DNA of 50,327 nucleotides from Salisapilia sapeloensis CBS 127946 (lineage: Eukaryota > Protista > Oomycota): assembly GCA_023334545.1 (NCBI GenBank), contig JAADVB010000136.1, positions 1 through 50,327 on the forward strand, in the 5' to 3' direction. Under the pieces are notes generated by a model, which saw only the letters and a program-made list of their open reading frames with translations, searched no databases and was not told the origin of the DNA. Positions 9,817 through 20,072 of the stretch are shown here, one piece after another (position 1 is the first letter of the stretch; the number at the start of each line of letters is the position of its first letter). The translations under genes were made by a program, and so were the position numbers.

Positions 9817-11727
9817 AGACTGGGTCGGTGATCAGACGAGGCGTGGACTCAAGAAAACCTCCGATGATCGCGCGTCTGGTGGCGGGCAAGATGCTTCCAC
9901 GATAGAACGTCTTCAGCACTAGGCGGTGAAAGGAAAAATAAGCCCAGGCCAAGGGCGTTTAGCAAGCACTGAAAGCACGCTGTAATGCCTTTTGAAGGGT
10001 ATGGTGGCTGCATTCAGAATGTGGCAAGTGTAGGTAGGTGGGTTGCAGAACCACGAAGAATGGGCGAACGTGGACGCCTCGAGTGGTGGATAGTTACTTG
10101 AACAACGTATGATTTGACGAGGCATTTGGCCCAGCAAGCAGATGGGCCAGGCACCTGAAACCATTGCCAGTTTCTGCTGAACGGCGGGTTAGAGACTATC
10201 TTGCCTTTTTCGAGCATCAACAGTGCGGTCTTCATGGCGGAAGGTTCGAACTGCCGCTTGAGATGACTTGGGTGCAATGCAAGGCGTGTCGAGATCCGCT
10301 ACGCCCCTCGACAGGCCACGCATGGTGTCCTTTCCCGATCGAATTTTTTCTCGAGCTTTTGAAGCTTTTGCACATGAAGGGACACACCAGCTGCCGGTAG
10401 CCCATCACACGGGCAGCTGCTTGAGCTGGCCCGGCGCTGCAATGCCGCAGACTGCCCATCCTTCAAGAAAGTGGACAGCCTTTGGGACGAATTAACACAA
10501 CAGGTAGAATTAATCGACAAATTTCCGCTTGCGTTTTTATTAGGCGTCCGAAGGCTATGTTTGACTCCAGGCCGATTGGACATTGCGAAAAGGAGTAGAG
10601 AAAATCGTATGGATCGAAGTGAAAAAAGGCTGACTTAAACTGACGGTGGCTAGTACCCATAAGGCTTTGAAAGGCGCATCCAGGTCAGCTAAATTTTCAT
10701 ACGCAGCCTCTAACAGAACACTTTTCTCAGACGGCATCAAAGAAGTGCTATCGTGATAGCAAGTGCATGTGAAGGACTGCAGAAGTAGAGCTGATGGACT
10801 TGCGAGGATGTACCATCAAGGTACCGTTTTAGGAAGTGTACCTGATCCTGATGACTGCGCAGATTAAGCGTCAGCTAAAACTACGTCCATTTCTGCAACA
10901 AGTAAAAATGGTCCTGATGACTGCTCATCGCAGCAGGCATGTATCCACATTACCCAATACGGAAATGAAGTATAAATACGTAGTCCCGACATGCCATTAC
11001 TGGTTTCTCTTTGTCGCAGGCGCGCAACTGTTTTGCATCCGACACCACTCATTCATTGACGCCTGGTGTGGCCTATCTATGATTTTCGGATTCACAGTTG
11101 GGTTGATTCATGATACATGACCTTCTATGTCGAGACTAGAAGGCTACTGACGAGAGTCCAGTAGATTAGATTCGAGTGCACACGGCATGAATACGAAACG
11201 TATGCGTCATGCATGCGTACAAGTAGGGGAGTGGATTTCCGGAACCTGGCCGCACCGCCATCACGACGCCACTTGGTTGAAACGCTCGCGAAACTATACT
11301 TTAGAAGTATCTCGAGTTGCCATGCGAGGAGAGGGAATCTAGTACTGGGTTCGTCGTATTAACGAAAGAAGATATCACGCATCGTACCCCTTTCCAACCT
11401 TGTATTATAAGACGTGACAAACTAATGTACTATGGATTCCCCATGATTCATACCACGAAATCATCCCTTCGACGCAAATCAAGTCCTGGCTTGCGTGTGT
11501 ACTTATGTCCGACCTTCAACCAAATTTGAAACTGCGAACGGATCCAACTCACATACCAAAGTTCGATAATCGCGCGATTTTCTCCGCCCACACTTGCTCC
11601 GGAAGATGTTGCCGACCAGGTCGACAGCTTGTGTGACGAGCTGATCAGTAGGACCTCTGTCCCATCTTTGTCCTTCGTCTATTCGTGGCCGAGCGTGTGA
11701 GTTATGCCGAAGCTTTGAACGGAGGAG

Positions 11728-12570
11728 ATGATCCAGCTGACGAAAAACAAAATGATCACACGTCGAGTCCCAATCATTATTCGATTTCCCCGGAACAAGT
11801 CACTTGCCTTTCCAACTCAAGTTAATATGGATCAACGCGATGTGAATCCCGTGTCACCCATAGACGCTAGTCTATTTCCGATGCACGATACCTTCAAGAT
11901 GGACCCTGTCAAGTCCGAAGTACTCTCCTTGGATGCGTCGACCATCCCTTGGCAGACACTCGAGCCGATCAACTGGCGCGATAGTTCAGACATGGACTAC
12001 AGGTCCAGCGAATCATCCTTATGCTCCGTCTTTGGCGATTCCGACCTCGCAGACGCTGTCATGCGCAGTCTCAACGACGATGGCAAGCTTTTGCCGTCGA
12101 AACTTTCTCCACCCGCACACATTAAAACAGCCTCTGAAGCCTGTCCTCGGCGTCCAGGAACGTTTTTAAATAAGGACGGACGATGGATTAAAGGAAAGCC
12201 TTGCTATCGACCGAGCTGTGATAAACGTGCCCAATCGAACGGCCTGTGCAAGGGACATGGTGGTGGCGCCCGGTGTCGCGTGGACGGGTGCACCAAGAGC
12301 TCGCAGGGCGGCGGATTATGTCGCGCCCATGGCGGCGGCAAGCGATGCCGATTTGATGGCTGTGAGAAAGGAACGCAAAGAAACGGATTTTGCTATTTAC
12401 ATGGTGGCGTCCGATCTTGCAGCGTGACTGGGTGCACGAAGAAGGATCGAGGCAACGGTCGATGCTACAACCATGGCGGCGGACGGAGGTGCCAGTCACG
12501 GGATTGTGACGAAATCATTCGACGAGGAGCCTACTGTGAAACGCATCGGCCGAACAAGAGCCGAAAATAA
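11728..12570 (+). CDS. WRKY19-like zinc-finger repeat protein, copy B (start may be ATG 11827)
   Basis: Five units (CKGHGGG, CRAHGGG, CYLHGG, CYNHGGG, CETH), colinear with copy A. Confidence 0.88.
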   Translation: MIQLTKNKMITRRVPIIIRFPRNKSLAFPTQVNMDQRDVNPVSPIDASLFPMHDTFKMDPVKSEVLSLDASTIPWQTLEPINWRDSSDMDYRSSESSLCSVFGDSDLADAVMRSLNDDGKLLPSKLSPPAHIKTASEACPRRPGTFLNKDGRWIKGKPCYRPSCDKRAQSNGLCKGHGGGARCRVDGCTKSSQGGGLCRAHGGGKRCRFDGCEKGTQRNGFCYLHGGVRSCSVTGCTKKDRGNGRCYNHGGGRRCQSRDCDEIIRRGAYCETHRPNKSRK

Positions 12571-13329
12571 GTATCCTGTGCTCCTACTTTTTCTAGTTTC
12601 TTCTTTCTACGAGGAAGGCAGACTAGGCACACAATAAACATTGCGTTTACTATTTACACTAAAGTTTCTATTGCTCTCGTCGATTCTCGAAGATAGGATC
12701 TTCCAGCCCATCTCTTTCCACACAGCCAGTTGACCAGTAGATCATTAGAATCTTTTCCTTGCGATCGGACGGAGATGAGACTGACGCCGCGTCTAGTTTC
12801 GAATACACTCCTTGTTGATGACAAAGCCTTTGCGAACGATGAAAGGATAATTGACGGCAATCAAGTACAAGTCCACGAGACCACGATCTCCGGCTTTGTT
12901 TGAGTGTATCTTGATCCTTTTTTCCCGATCCCAGTGGCACTGCTGACTTCAAACGGAACAGTCATTCGACAGGTGCGCCCACGACGATGCGCTGGCACGA
13001 GCGATGTACGAACGACTGACATTCCCTCAGGTGTAGTAAGACGCAAAGGTACTGAAACGTCGACTTGACCTGCGTTGGAAATCGTGATTCGTACCACTTA
13101 TCGATCCACGTGATGGGCGAGCATGGACAGAATAAACTCGGAATTATAACGCCGACGCTTCCCCTACCACTCCTGTCAGCGTTGAAGCCATTACACACCC
13201 TCGGGATCGTCACGCGTTTCAGAAGTCACGTCTGGATTTTTTGACCGGCAAAGCTATACACGGCTGGCAGCATCCTACTGTGACGTATAGATAGATGACG
13301 ACGACATGAAAAACGATGATATGTTTGCT

Positions 13330-14383
13330 TTATTGATTGGAAGTAGGAGGACCGCCGCGACGGCGAATTTCCTCCCACGTCGTCGGCGTCGGCTCCGTCT
13401 CCTTTCCTTTCTTGAAGTCATCTGAGTCGGATCCCCACGTCATGGTCGGGAGGTTGCCCCATGGATGCGCTGCCCCATCCGCTGGCACCCACGGAGCAGT
13501 GGTACCTTGTTCCGGAATCGGATCGGAATAGTCCTGATACCCGACGCGATCGTCGCGATGTAGCAAAAGTGAAGACGGCCGACGAACCTCAGTGCTCGGA
13601 GTTGACAAGGATCGTGGTTGCTTCCTAAGGACAGTGGGTTTTATGTGAACGTTTAGATGAACGTTGAAACAGCTTACGATGCAGCCGCGTCTGCCCGGAA
13701 TTGCTCGTAATAACGACGTCGCCGCCGGATTTCCGCATGTAGGATCGATCCTGGCATCTCTTCCCGCAGGCTGGCGAATAGCAATCAGCATGGTAGTTGT
13801 GAATGTTTTCGGCAAGTGGATGGCACATTACATTTGTAAAGCATCCCGGGCAAAAGGGGACTGGTCTTCGGGAAGGCTAATCATATCCAGGAACAACTTC
13901 GACCGGACGGTCAATGCACCTCCGATGGTCCCGGCGAATCCGCCAGCTTCAACGGATGCATGACGTTAGAATGCAATACAGAAGGTTCTTGTCGCAGTAG
14001 CTAGGTTACCAACAGCCGCTAAGATCACAGAGTTCCGTCGGCCTACATACGACTGCCAGGCTACAGTCCAACATGAGAAAATAGGATCTATGCGATACTT
14101 GTACGACTTGTACCTAGTCCGGACGTGATTGCGCCAGCTAGGAAGCCCATATAAGCTCGACGCTTTGCCAGGATACCGTTGCCTTTGACCACTTTTAGCT
14201 CCTCTGGCCTACACATCCCATCAGCCTTTTAGATTTGCCCAAGTTGAACACAACGATAGCGAACGTCTCGTAGAGCCGTTTGGCATCCATCTTGCTGTTC
14301 ACAAGCTGCATTCCTTCCTTTGTATCGATCTTTAGCTGCCGCTGGTCGATGTGCTCCGGAATGTACTCGTCCTCGACCTCCAT
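13330..14383 (-). CDS. Two-TM membrane protein, OCIA-domain-like, copy A (6 exons)
   Basis: Introns 14264-14209, 14113-14061, 14009-13947, 13831-13771 and 13677-13625 give MEVEDEY...ETPEELKVVKGNGILAKRRAYMGFLAGAITSGLAW...AGGFAGTIGGALTVRSKLFLDMISLPEDQSPFAR...PTTWEEIRRR. The PEE...2xTM...LP.SP...WEEIRRR layout resembles OCIAD proteins (inference). Confidence 0.75.
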
Positions 14384-14531
14384 CTCGCTTTGAGTTCTCT
14401 TGCGTCTCGTAGAGAACGTATCAGATATCTTTACTAGAACCTTAATTTAAATATGTATACTGTCCAGTATTAATGCAAAACGCAGTGGCAATGTATAACT
14501 TTCGGACACAAGACACGAGTGGGAACAAGTC

Positions 14532-15203
14532 ATGGCTCAAGGTAGCTTTTGCATCGTACACTGTCACCTAGGCTGCTGTGAATGATGCACATGCAGTCCT
14601 ATCCTAGCACGCACGCATCTTTGAATGACTGATGTTATATTGGCCTTGCGACAGTGGCAAAGGAGGAAGATACGAGCGAGTTAGTACAGCAAACGCAAGA
14701 GCTACATGTCTCCAACGGTACTTGGCACCCAACAATTAATTTTATTGCTCATCTGCTCACACAGTACTAACACGATTTATTGGCTGCTTGCAGAAGGACT
14801 TCGGCTCATCGATGTGACCGGGAAACTGATGGATCAAGAGTTTGTTGCTCAAATCTGGCTGCTATCCAACGCTCTTTACGTCTGGCTCGGCACTTCCAGC
14901 CAGAATGCACAGCTCAGGTATCGACGTTTCCCTTTTACAGTACGAATGTAGTACACTTATCGATAGTGGTACAGTTCCATGGCCACTGCGATTGAAACAA
15001 AATTTGACGCCATGCCCTTGGCATCGTCTGTCGTTGGCAATTCGGAGATGGAAGAACTTCAAATGGCGCAACGACTGTCGAAACGCACGAAACGCCAGTG
15101 CTTCGTCTCATGCCAAGTACCCGACGGGCAACCTGAACTCCGGTCATACATTGAACGACAAGTGCTGGACAAGCTTCGAGAGGAAAACGTGCTTGTCAAG
15201 TAA
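14532..15203 (+). CDS. PSMG4: Proteasome assembly chaperone 4 (PAC4)
   Basis: Exons 14532-14541, 14655-14717, 14794-14917 and 14975 onward give ...VTGKLMDQEFVAQIWLLSNALYVWLG...SMATAIETKFDAMPLASSVVG...MAQRLSKRTKRQCFVSCQV. This matches the PSMG4 pattern LFLWVG...LAVAMCSRYDSIPVSTSLLG...LAQRLARKTNKQVFVS. The stop is at 15203, or 15242 if a final intron is used. Confidence 0.8.
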
Positions 15204-15409
15204 TTTCATCAAAGTAAACAAAGACTGTACTTTGACAGTTAGGATATCCTTCCTTCCTGCGTTTCTTTGGTCTACTTCCCTTTCCTGTTGCGAAGGGTCA
15301 CGCAGACGTGATCAAGGTGCATTTCTATGGTATCAACCTCCATTACTTGATGGTATACATTATCACAGGTTCTTCGAATACAAAATTCGGAACGAAAAGC
15401 AATTCGAGG

Positions 15410-16381
15410 ATGCCGCTGGCAGGAATTAACGAGGCTTTGGCTGTACTTCAGTCCGAATTACCAAAGCAAAAGGAGAAGATTGAGCTCGGGAAGTATGTTC
15501 GTCTATGCACATATTCTCTGACTATATCGTGAACAGTCATGAGCATCCCTGGCAGCGATTCTCATCTGATCGGTCCGTAGATCGCCGGAGGAAAAGCAAA
15601 TCTTGGAAAAGTATGCTACGATCGGCAAGCAACGGACTGTTCTTGGATTCTTCACCGGCTCGATTGCATTGACTGGAGGTAGCAATCGTACTCTCTTCTT
15701 TCTACTATTGACTCTCATGCGATGGTAGTCTGGAGATTGGCCGGAGGAAAAAAGCCGATCATGGGCGTTTTGGGTGGCGCAAGTACAGATTCATTCCGTA
15801 ATGTTCAAGAATGAGATATTAACTACAACTAGTCGGTGGCGTCAGTGGGATGGCCTATGGTGCCGCCAGTATACGTAAAGGCCTCTTTACGGAATTGCTC
15901 AGTCTTCCAGACGACAAGTCGCCCTTTGCTACTCGCTGTCGCAATCTGTAGTCCATCTCCAATTCCATCCACAATCTGATACTGATGGCAGGGTAGGTTG
16001 AAGGAAAAAGTGCCAACAAATGAGTTCTTTGTGGAACTCCAGAAGCAGATGCGATCGGATGGCCTGATGGCGTATGATTCATGGGCCGAAGGCTCCGTCG
16101 ATTCGAATGCTTATGAACCAGCACCAGTTATGCCGCAAGAAAAAGCACCTATCTCGACGTTTGATAATCAGACGACGCTGGGCGAACCAGAGCCTGGTGC
16201 TTCACCTGTACAATCGAATCCGTTCTTCTTCAATCGTCCGTCGGAGGAAGAGCAACCAAAGAAAAGAAAACTGGCACACGATCGAGAGGAAGAATATTTC
16301 TTTGGGGCACCTGTCGAAAGGGAACCGGAGCAGCCGACGACTTGGGAGGAAATCCGTCGTCGGAATCAAGGTGGCCAATAG
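15410..16381 (+). CDS. Two-TM membrane protein, OCIA-domain-like, copy B (5 exons)
   Basis: Introns 15493-15580, 15679-15728, 15783-15832 and 15948-15996 give MPLAGINE...KSPEEKQILEKYATIGKQRTVLGFFTGSIALTGVW...GGVSGMAYGAASIRKGLFTELLSLPDDKSPFATRC...PTTWEEIRRRNQGGQ, clearly paralogous to copy A. Confidence 0.75.
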
Positions 16382-16385
16382 ATTT

Positions 16386-17060
16386 TCAGATGCGAACGCT
16401 CCTACTTGACGCTGCTTCGGCCTCTCGATGCGCTAGTTGTTTCATACGGTCATCAATTGCAGCAACTTGAGTGCTAGTTACTTTGCCATACTTTTGTTCT
16501 TCTAGTAGTAGATACTTTTCCGCTAGTTCCAGTCGCATCGTATAGACCTGTTGTTCACTCCCTTTTGGATGTCTTTGAATATCCAGTTGGACAAGTTGTG
16601 CACCGACATCTTGTAAGTCGCCATCGATCCCACGTGGCTTGTCCAGGAGATGAACAAGATGTTGATCAAGTCCACCGATCGTAGAAAATGGATTGCGTCG
16701 AGGTAGCCGCACTTGATCCAGTGCTGCGATGGCAATTTTGCTTTTCGAGACAAAGTCTAGATCACTGGAACTCAACTTCAGGAGGTAGTTGACACCTTTG
16801 TATTCGAATGGAAGTGGTCGAACCATCCGTCTTCTCCAATGGGCGACTGCAGTAATCACATCCAAGGAGCATGCTCTCGCTTGTAAAAGACATTCAAGTA
16901 CTTCGTTATGTCTTTCTGGTGGAGATAGATGGAATCGAGAGCATGCGTCGAGAAGATTATCGAGTGCTTGCTCTCTCGCGACGATCGTTTCAAGAGTATG
17001 TAACTCTTCTGGTGCATGGAAACCTTCCTTGGTGATCAAACGCTTAGAACCTTGTAGCAT
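16386..17060 (-). CDS. Conserved hypothetical helical protein
   Basis: A 254-codon open frame with first ATG at 17060. It contains a protein-like block ARACSLDVITAVAHWRRRMVRPLPFEYKGVNYLLKLSSSDLDF. No function is recognisable. Confidence 0.6.
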   Translation of the reverse strand: MLQGSKRLITKEGFHAPEELHTLETIVAREQALDNLLDACSRFHLSPPERHNEVLECLLQARACSLDVITAVAHWRRRMVRPLPFEYKGVNYLLKLSSSDLDFVSKSKIAIAALDQVRLPRRNPFSTIGGLDQHLVHLLDKPRGIDGDLQDVGAQLVQLDIQRHPKGSEQQVYTMRLELAEKYLLLEEQKYGKVTSTQVAAIDDRMKQLAHREAEAASSRSVRI

Positions 17061-17180
17061 GGTAAATAGAAGGCGAAATGACGTCGAAAAATATATATCC
17101 AAGTGCGCTATATCAAGTAGAAACAAACGTTGAGCTGCAAAAGAGTACAAAATTAGACTTGATCATTTACGGTCTAGTTC

Positions 17181-19636
17181 TTAATTGCTCAGACTTAGAC
17201 GCTTTAAGTGGTACTGGAGGTAGACGGCAGACGGTCTATCGTTTGGATCGTACGATAGGCACTTGAGACCGAGCTCACGAATAGAGTTTGGACAGTCGGA
17301 GGAGAAAGATGGTTGGAGCGAACCTGCGGATACTTGGGACGCAAGCCATAGCATACTGCGAGACTTGCCACTGCTTGTAATCGAGTCTTCGTATGGAAGC
17401 TCGTGTGTGTCTAGTTCTGTCAAGATGGCACCGAACGAGAATAGATCGGATGCCTCGTTGTAATCGTTATCACCTCGCAGGATCTCTGGTGCTAACCATC
17501 GCGACGTACCGACACCTTCCGCCGTCATGGTGTCATCCTCCGACACAACTCGAGCAGTGCCAAAGTCACTGATCTTGGCTTCCATGTCTCCGGACAAGAG
17601 CACATTCCGGGACTTGAGGTCTCGATGGACTAGCGGTGGGTTGAACGAATGGACATAAACAAGTGCTTCGACGATGTCAGCTGCAATTTGAAGTTTCTCC
17701 ATGGTCCAATGCGGTGGAACGTTCGGATTGACCAAGTACCCTCGCAAGTCGCCATTTTCCATGAACTCAAACACTGCTTGGAAGTCCGCTCGCTTTGTCC
17801 ACGCGGCGCCGATGAACGTCACGACGTTTGGGTGATCTAGATTGGCCACTAGCTTTGTTTCTTCAATAAACTTTTGGATCGTGTCAGTACTTGCTTTGCT
17901 ACGTAAAACACGCTTCGATGCGTAGGTACGGTTATAGTACTGGACCATCCAGACTTCTCCGAACCCACCAGCACCCAGGCGTTTAATGTCCTGGATTTCA
18001 TGAACGTCCAACTGATGGTCACGTAGCTGCGTGTCGTACCAAATAGACGACTGGGTTCCTTCCTCTGCTGCAGAGTTTCTTCCAATAGGGTCGTTACTCT
18101 TCGTCGGCGTACCTCCAGATGTATATGTGTTCCCATTATCTTTTTCGCTTTCCCACTGACGACGTCGATTACGATACAATAAGAAAGCGATAAAAGCGAG
18201 AAGGAAGCAGATGCAGATGGGAACAGCGATGTACACTGACGTCATGTCCGTACCGCTGTCTTCTGATGACGTAGTGGAAGAAGCCTGGCTGTCACTTGCA
18301 CCAGACTCGACCTGGTTGTCCACTTCCTCTCCGCTATATCCGTCGACGACGCAGAGTTTCAACGTAGTCGATTTAACTGTTTGTACACTTCCGACGGAGC
18401 AAAAGAGGACGTCGTGTCGCCACTCTCGAGTCTGGTCTTGAAGGGAGTTGTTGAGTACTTTCATAACTTCTGGTGATACTGTTCGATGCGATAGTGGGTT
18501 TCCATTCAAGTATCTACTCTGATTTATGAGATAAGGAAAAGATAGAGGAAGGTAGGTACAGTGTACAGTTTGGAAAGGCTCTTGTAGTCTGCTAATTGGA
18601 TCGGGACGAAATCCAATGAGTTGTTGCGTAAGTTTCTAAGCAAATAGACGTGAGATCATGAATAGTGTGGGTTTCAAGTAGAAATTACAGGGTATTGAGG
18701 CTGGGAAGGATGGCTTCAAACGACTCAATATTGTTCTCTGGTAGAGACCTAAGGCAGAACTGTTAGATGATGGAAGTACTGATACAGAAACGAGGTTACA
18801 GTTTCTCGAGGTTCTCGAGGGAAAACTCTTCCGGCAACTTTGTGATCTGGTTGCCATCCAATTGCCTAGTCAAGTGGGTTAGTATAAGTTATATCGTAGA
18901 AGTAGATACACACACGTACAGGTATTTTAGCTGTGTAGCGTTCATCAAGCCTGATGGAATGTCCTTGAGAAGGCAATTGTACAAGCTCAGGTTACTGACT
19001 GTGGAAGAGAGCGTGGCAAAGGATGGCATCTCGTCTGAAAAGTCAATGTTGATGAACGTTAAATCCTCCAGGTTGGCTGCATTTGCCAACAGGTCGTCTG
19101 ATATCTTGACTTCAGCGGTTTCTTGAAGCTTATAGTCTGCACATCGATTGCCGCATAGTATCCTATTAAAATAATTTAAAAGCTGGTTTGAAGATGCTAC
19201 CATGGTATGCGTACCATCGATCAATGTTTTTCGGGATGTCAAGGTCGATTTCATCCAGGTATTTCTCATTTAAAGTAGAGTTCACGTTGAGTACAGTTCG
19301 AATGGGCTCGTCGAACGTGACGATGAACGCGTAGCCAAATACCGGAAGCAGGACATCACTGTACGGATTGAGACATTGGTATTGGCATCCGGAGGTTTCA
19401 TCCGCGGGTAAGCAGTCGATGTCTTTTGACTTGGTACCTTCCTTCGCTGCATTCTGTTCACAAGCATTCTTGTCATCATCAACTTGGTAGACAACACAAG
19501 CGCCCAAATCAGCACACCGGCTATCGCAGTCAGATGTGAGGACATTCGTCGGGATCGAACATGTTTGCGAAAGGACCGTGGATAAAACCAAGCTCCATAC
19601 CGACAGCCAGCACAAGGCGTTGTGGAGGATGGCCAT
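17181..19636 (-). CDS. Leucine-rich-repeat receptor-like kinase (TKL group): signal peptide, Cys-rich N-terminus, LRRs, TM helix, kinase
   Basis: Five phase-2 introns (19214-19163, 18919-18866, 18799-18749, 18688-18636, 18566-18514) join the signal-peptide ORF, LRR exons and kinase ORF. TM segment VYIAVPICICFLLAFIAFLLY. Kinase motifs GAGGFG, ASK, HRDLKSRN, DFG and WLAPE are intact. Confidence 0.9.
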
Positions 19637-20072
19637 CTTATATTGTGGTCAGCCGCAGCGAAGAGAGCACAAAAGTCGAAGCTTGCACTGGTCGTCGCTG
19701 TGTGACTGGCTTACGTTGAGTATGGAATAACTCAGGTGGGGATGGGCGCAGCAACTGGCACGACAAGCATACGAGATGCTTGGTAGCTAATATTGAAACG
19801 TGTATTTGTGTATTTAGTATCAAGCGTACCGCACTATCTACGCGCACGTGCTGACATGCTCGTTGATGACTGGAATGCGATAGGAGGCGCGATGAACACC
19901 ATGCGTATCATGTCGGTCAAGAAGTAGTCACTGAACCCATTTTATGTCAACCCACAAACCAGATACTCTAGGCGGATGGTAATCGAGTTTTTCCACCAAT
20001 CTGAAATGCGATAGGAACTAGTATCAGCTACGGATTGGTTAATAAAGAGGCGAATACAAGCTGTGTACAAAA

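Noticed and set aside
8580-9922. Three long + strand ORFs (310, 165 Ala-rich, 342 aa) antisense to zinc-finger gene A; all six frames open over 8894-8989
   Set aside because: Explained by GC-rich Gly/Cys/His/Arg codons that lack stops in shifted frames. The translations have no recognisable motifs, and paralogue B shows no equivalent long antisense ORF.
12654-13320. Cluster of 68-94 aa minus-strand ORFs between zinc-finger B and OCIA-like A
   Set aside because: Several alternative splice models were tried and none gave a coherent protein with homology. A gene here is possible but unsupported.
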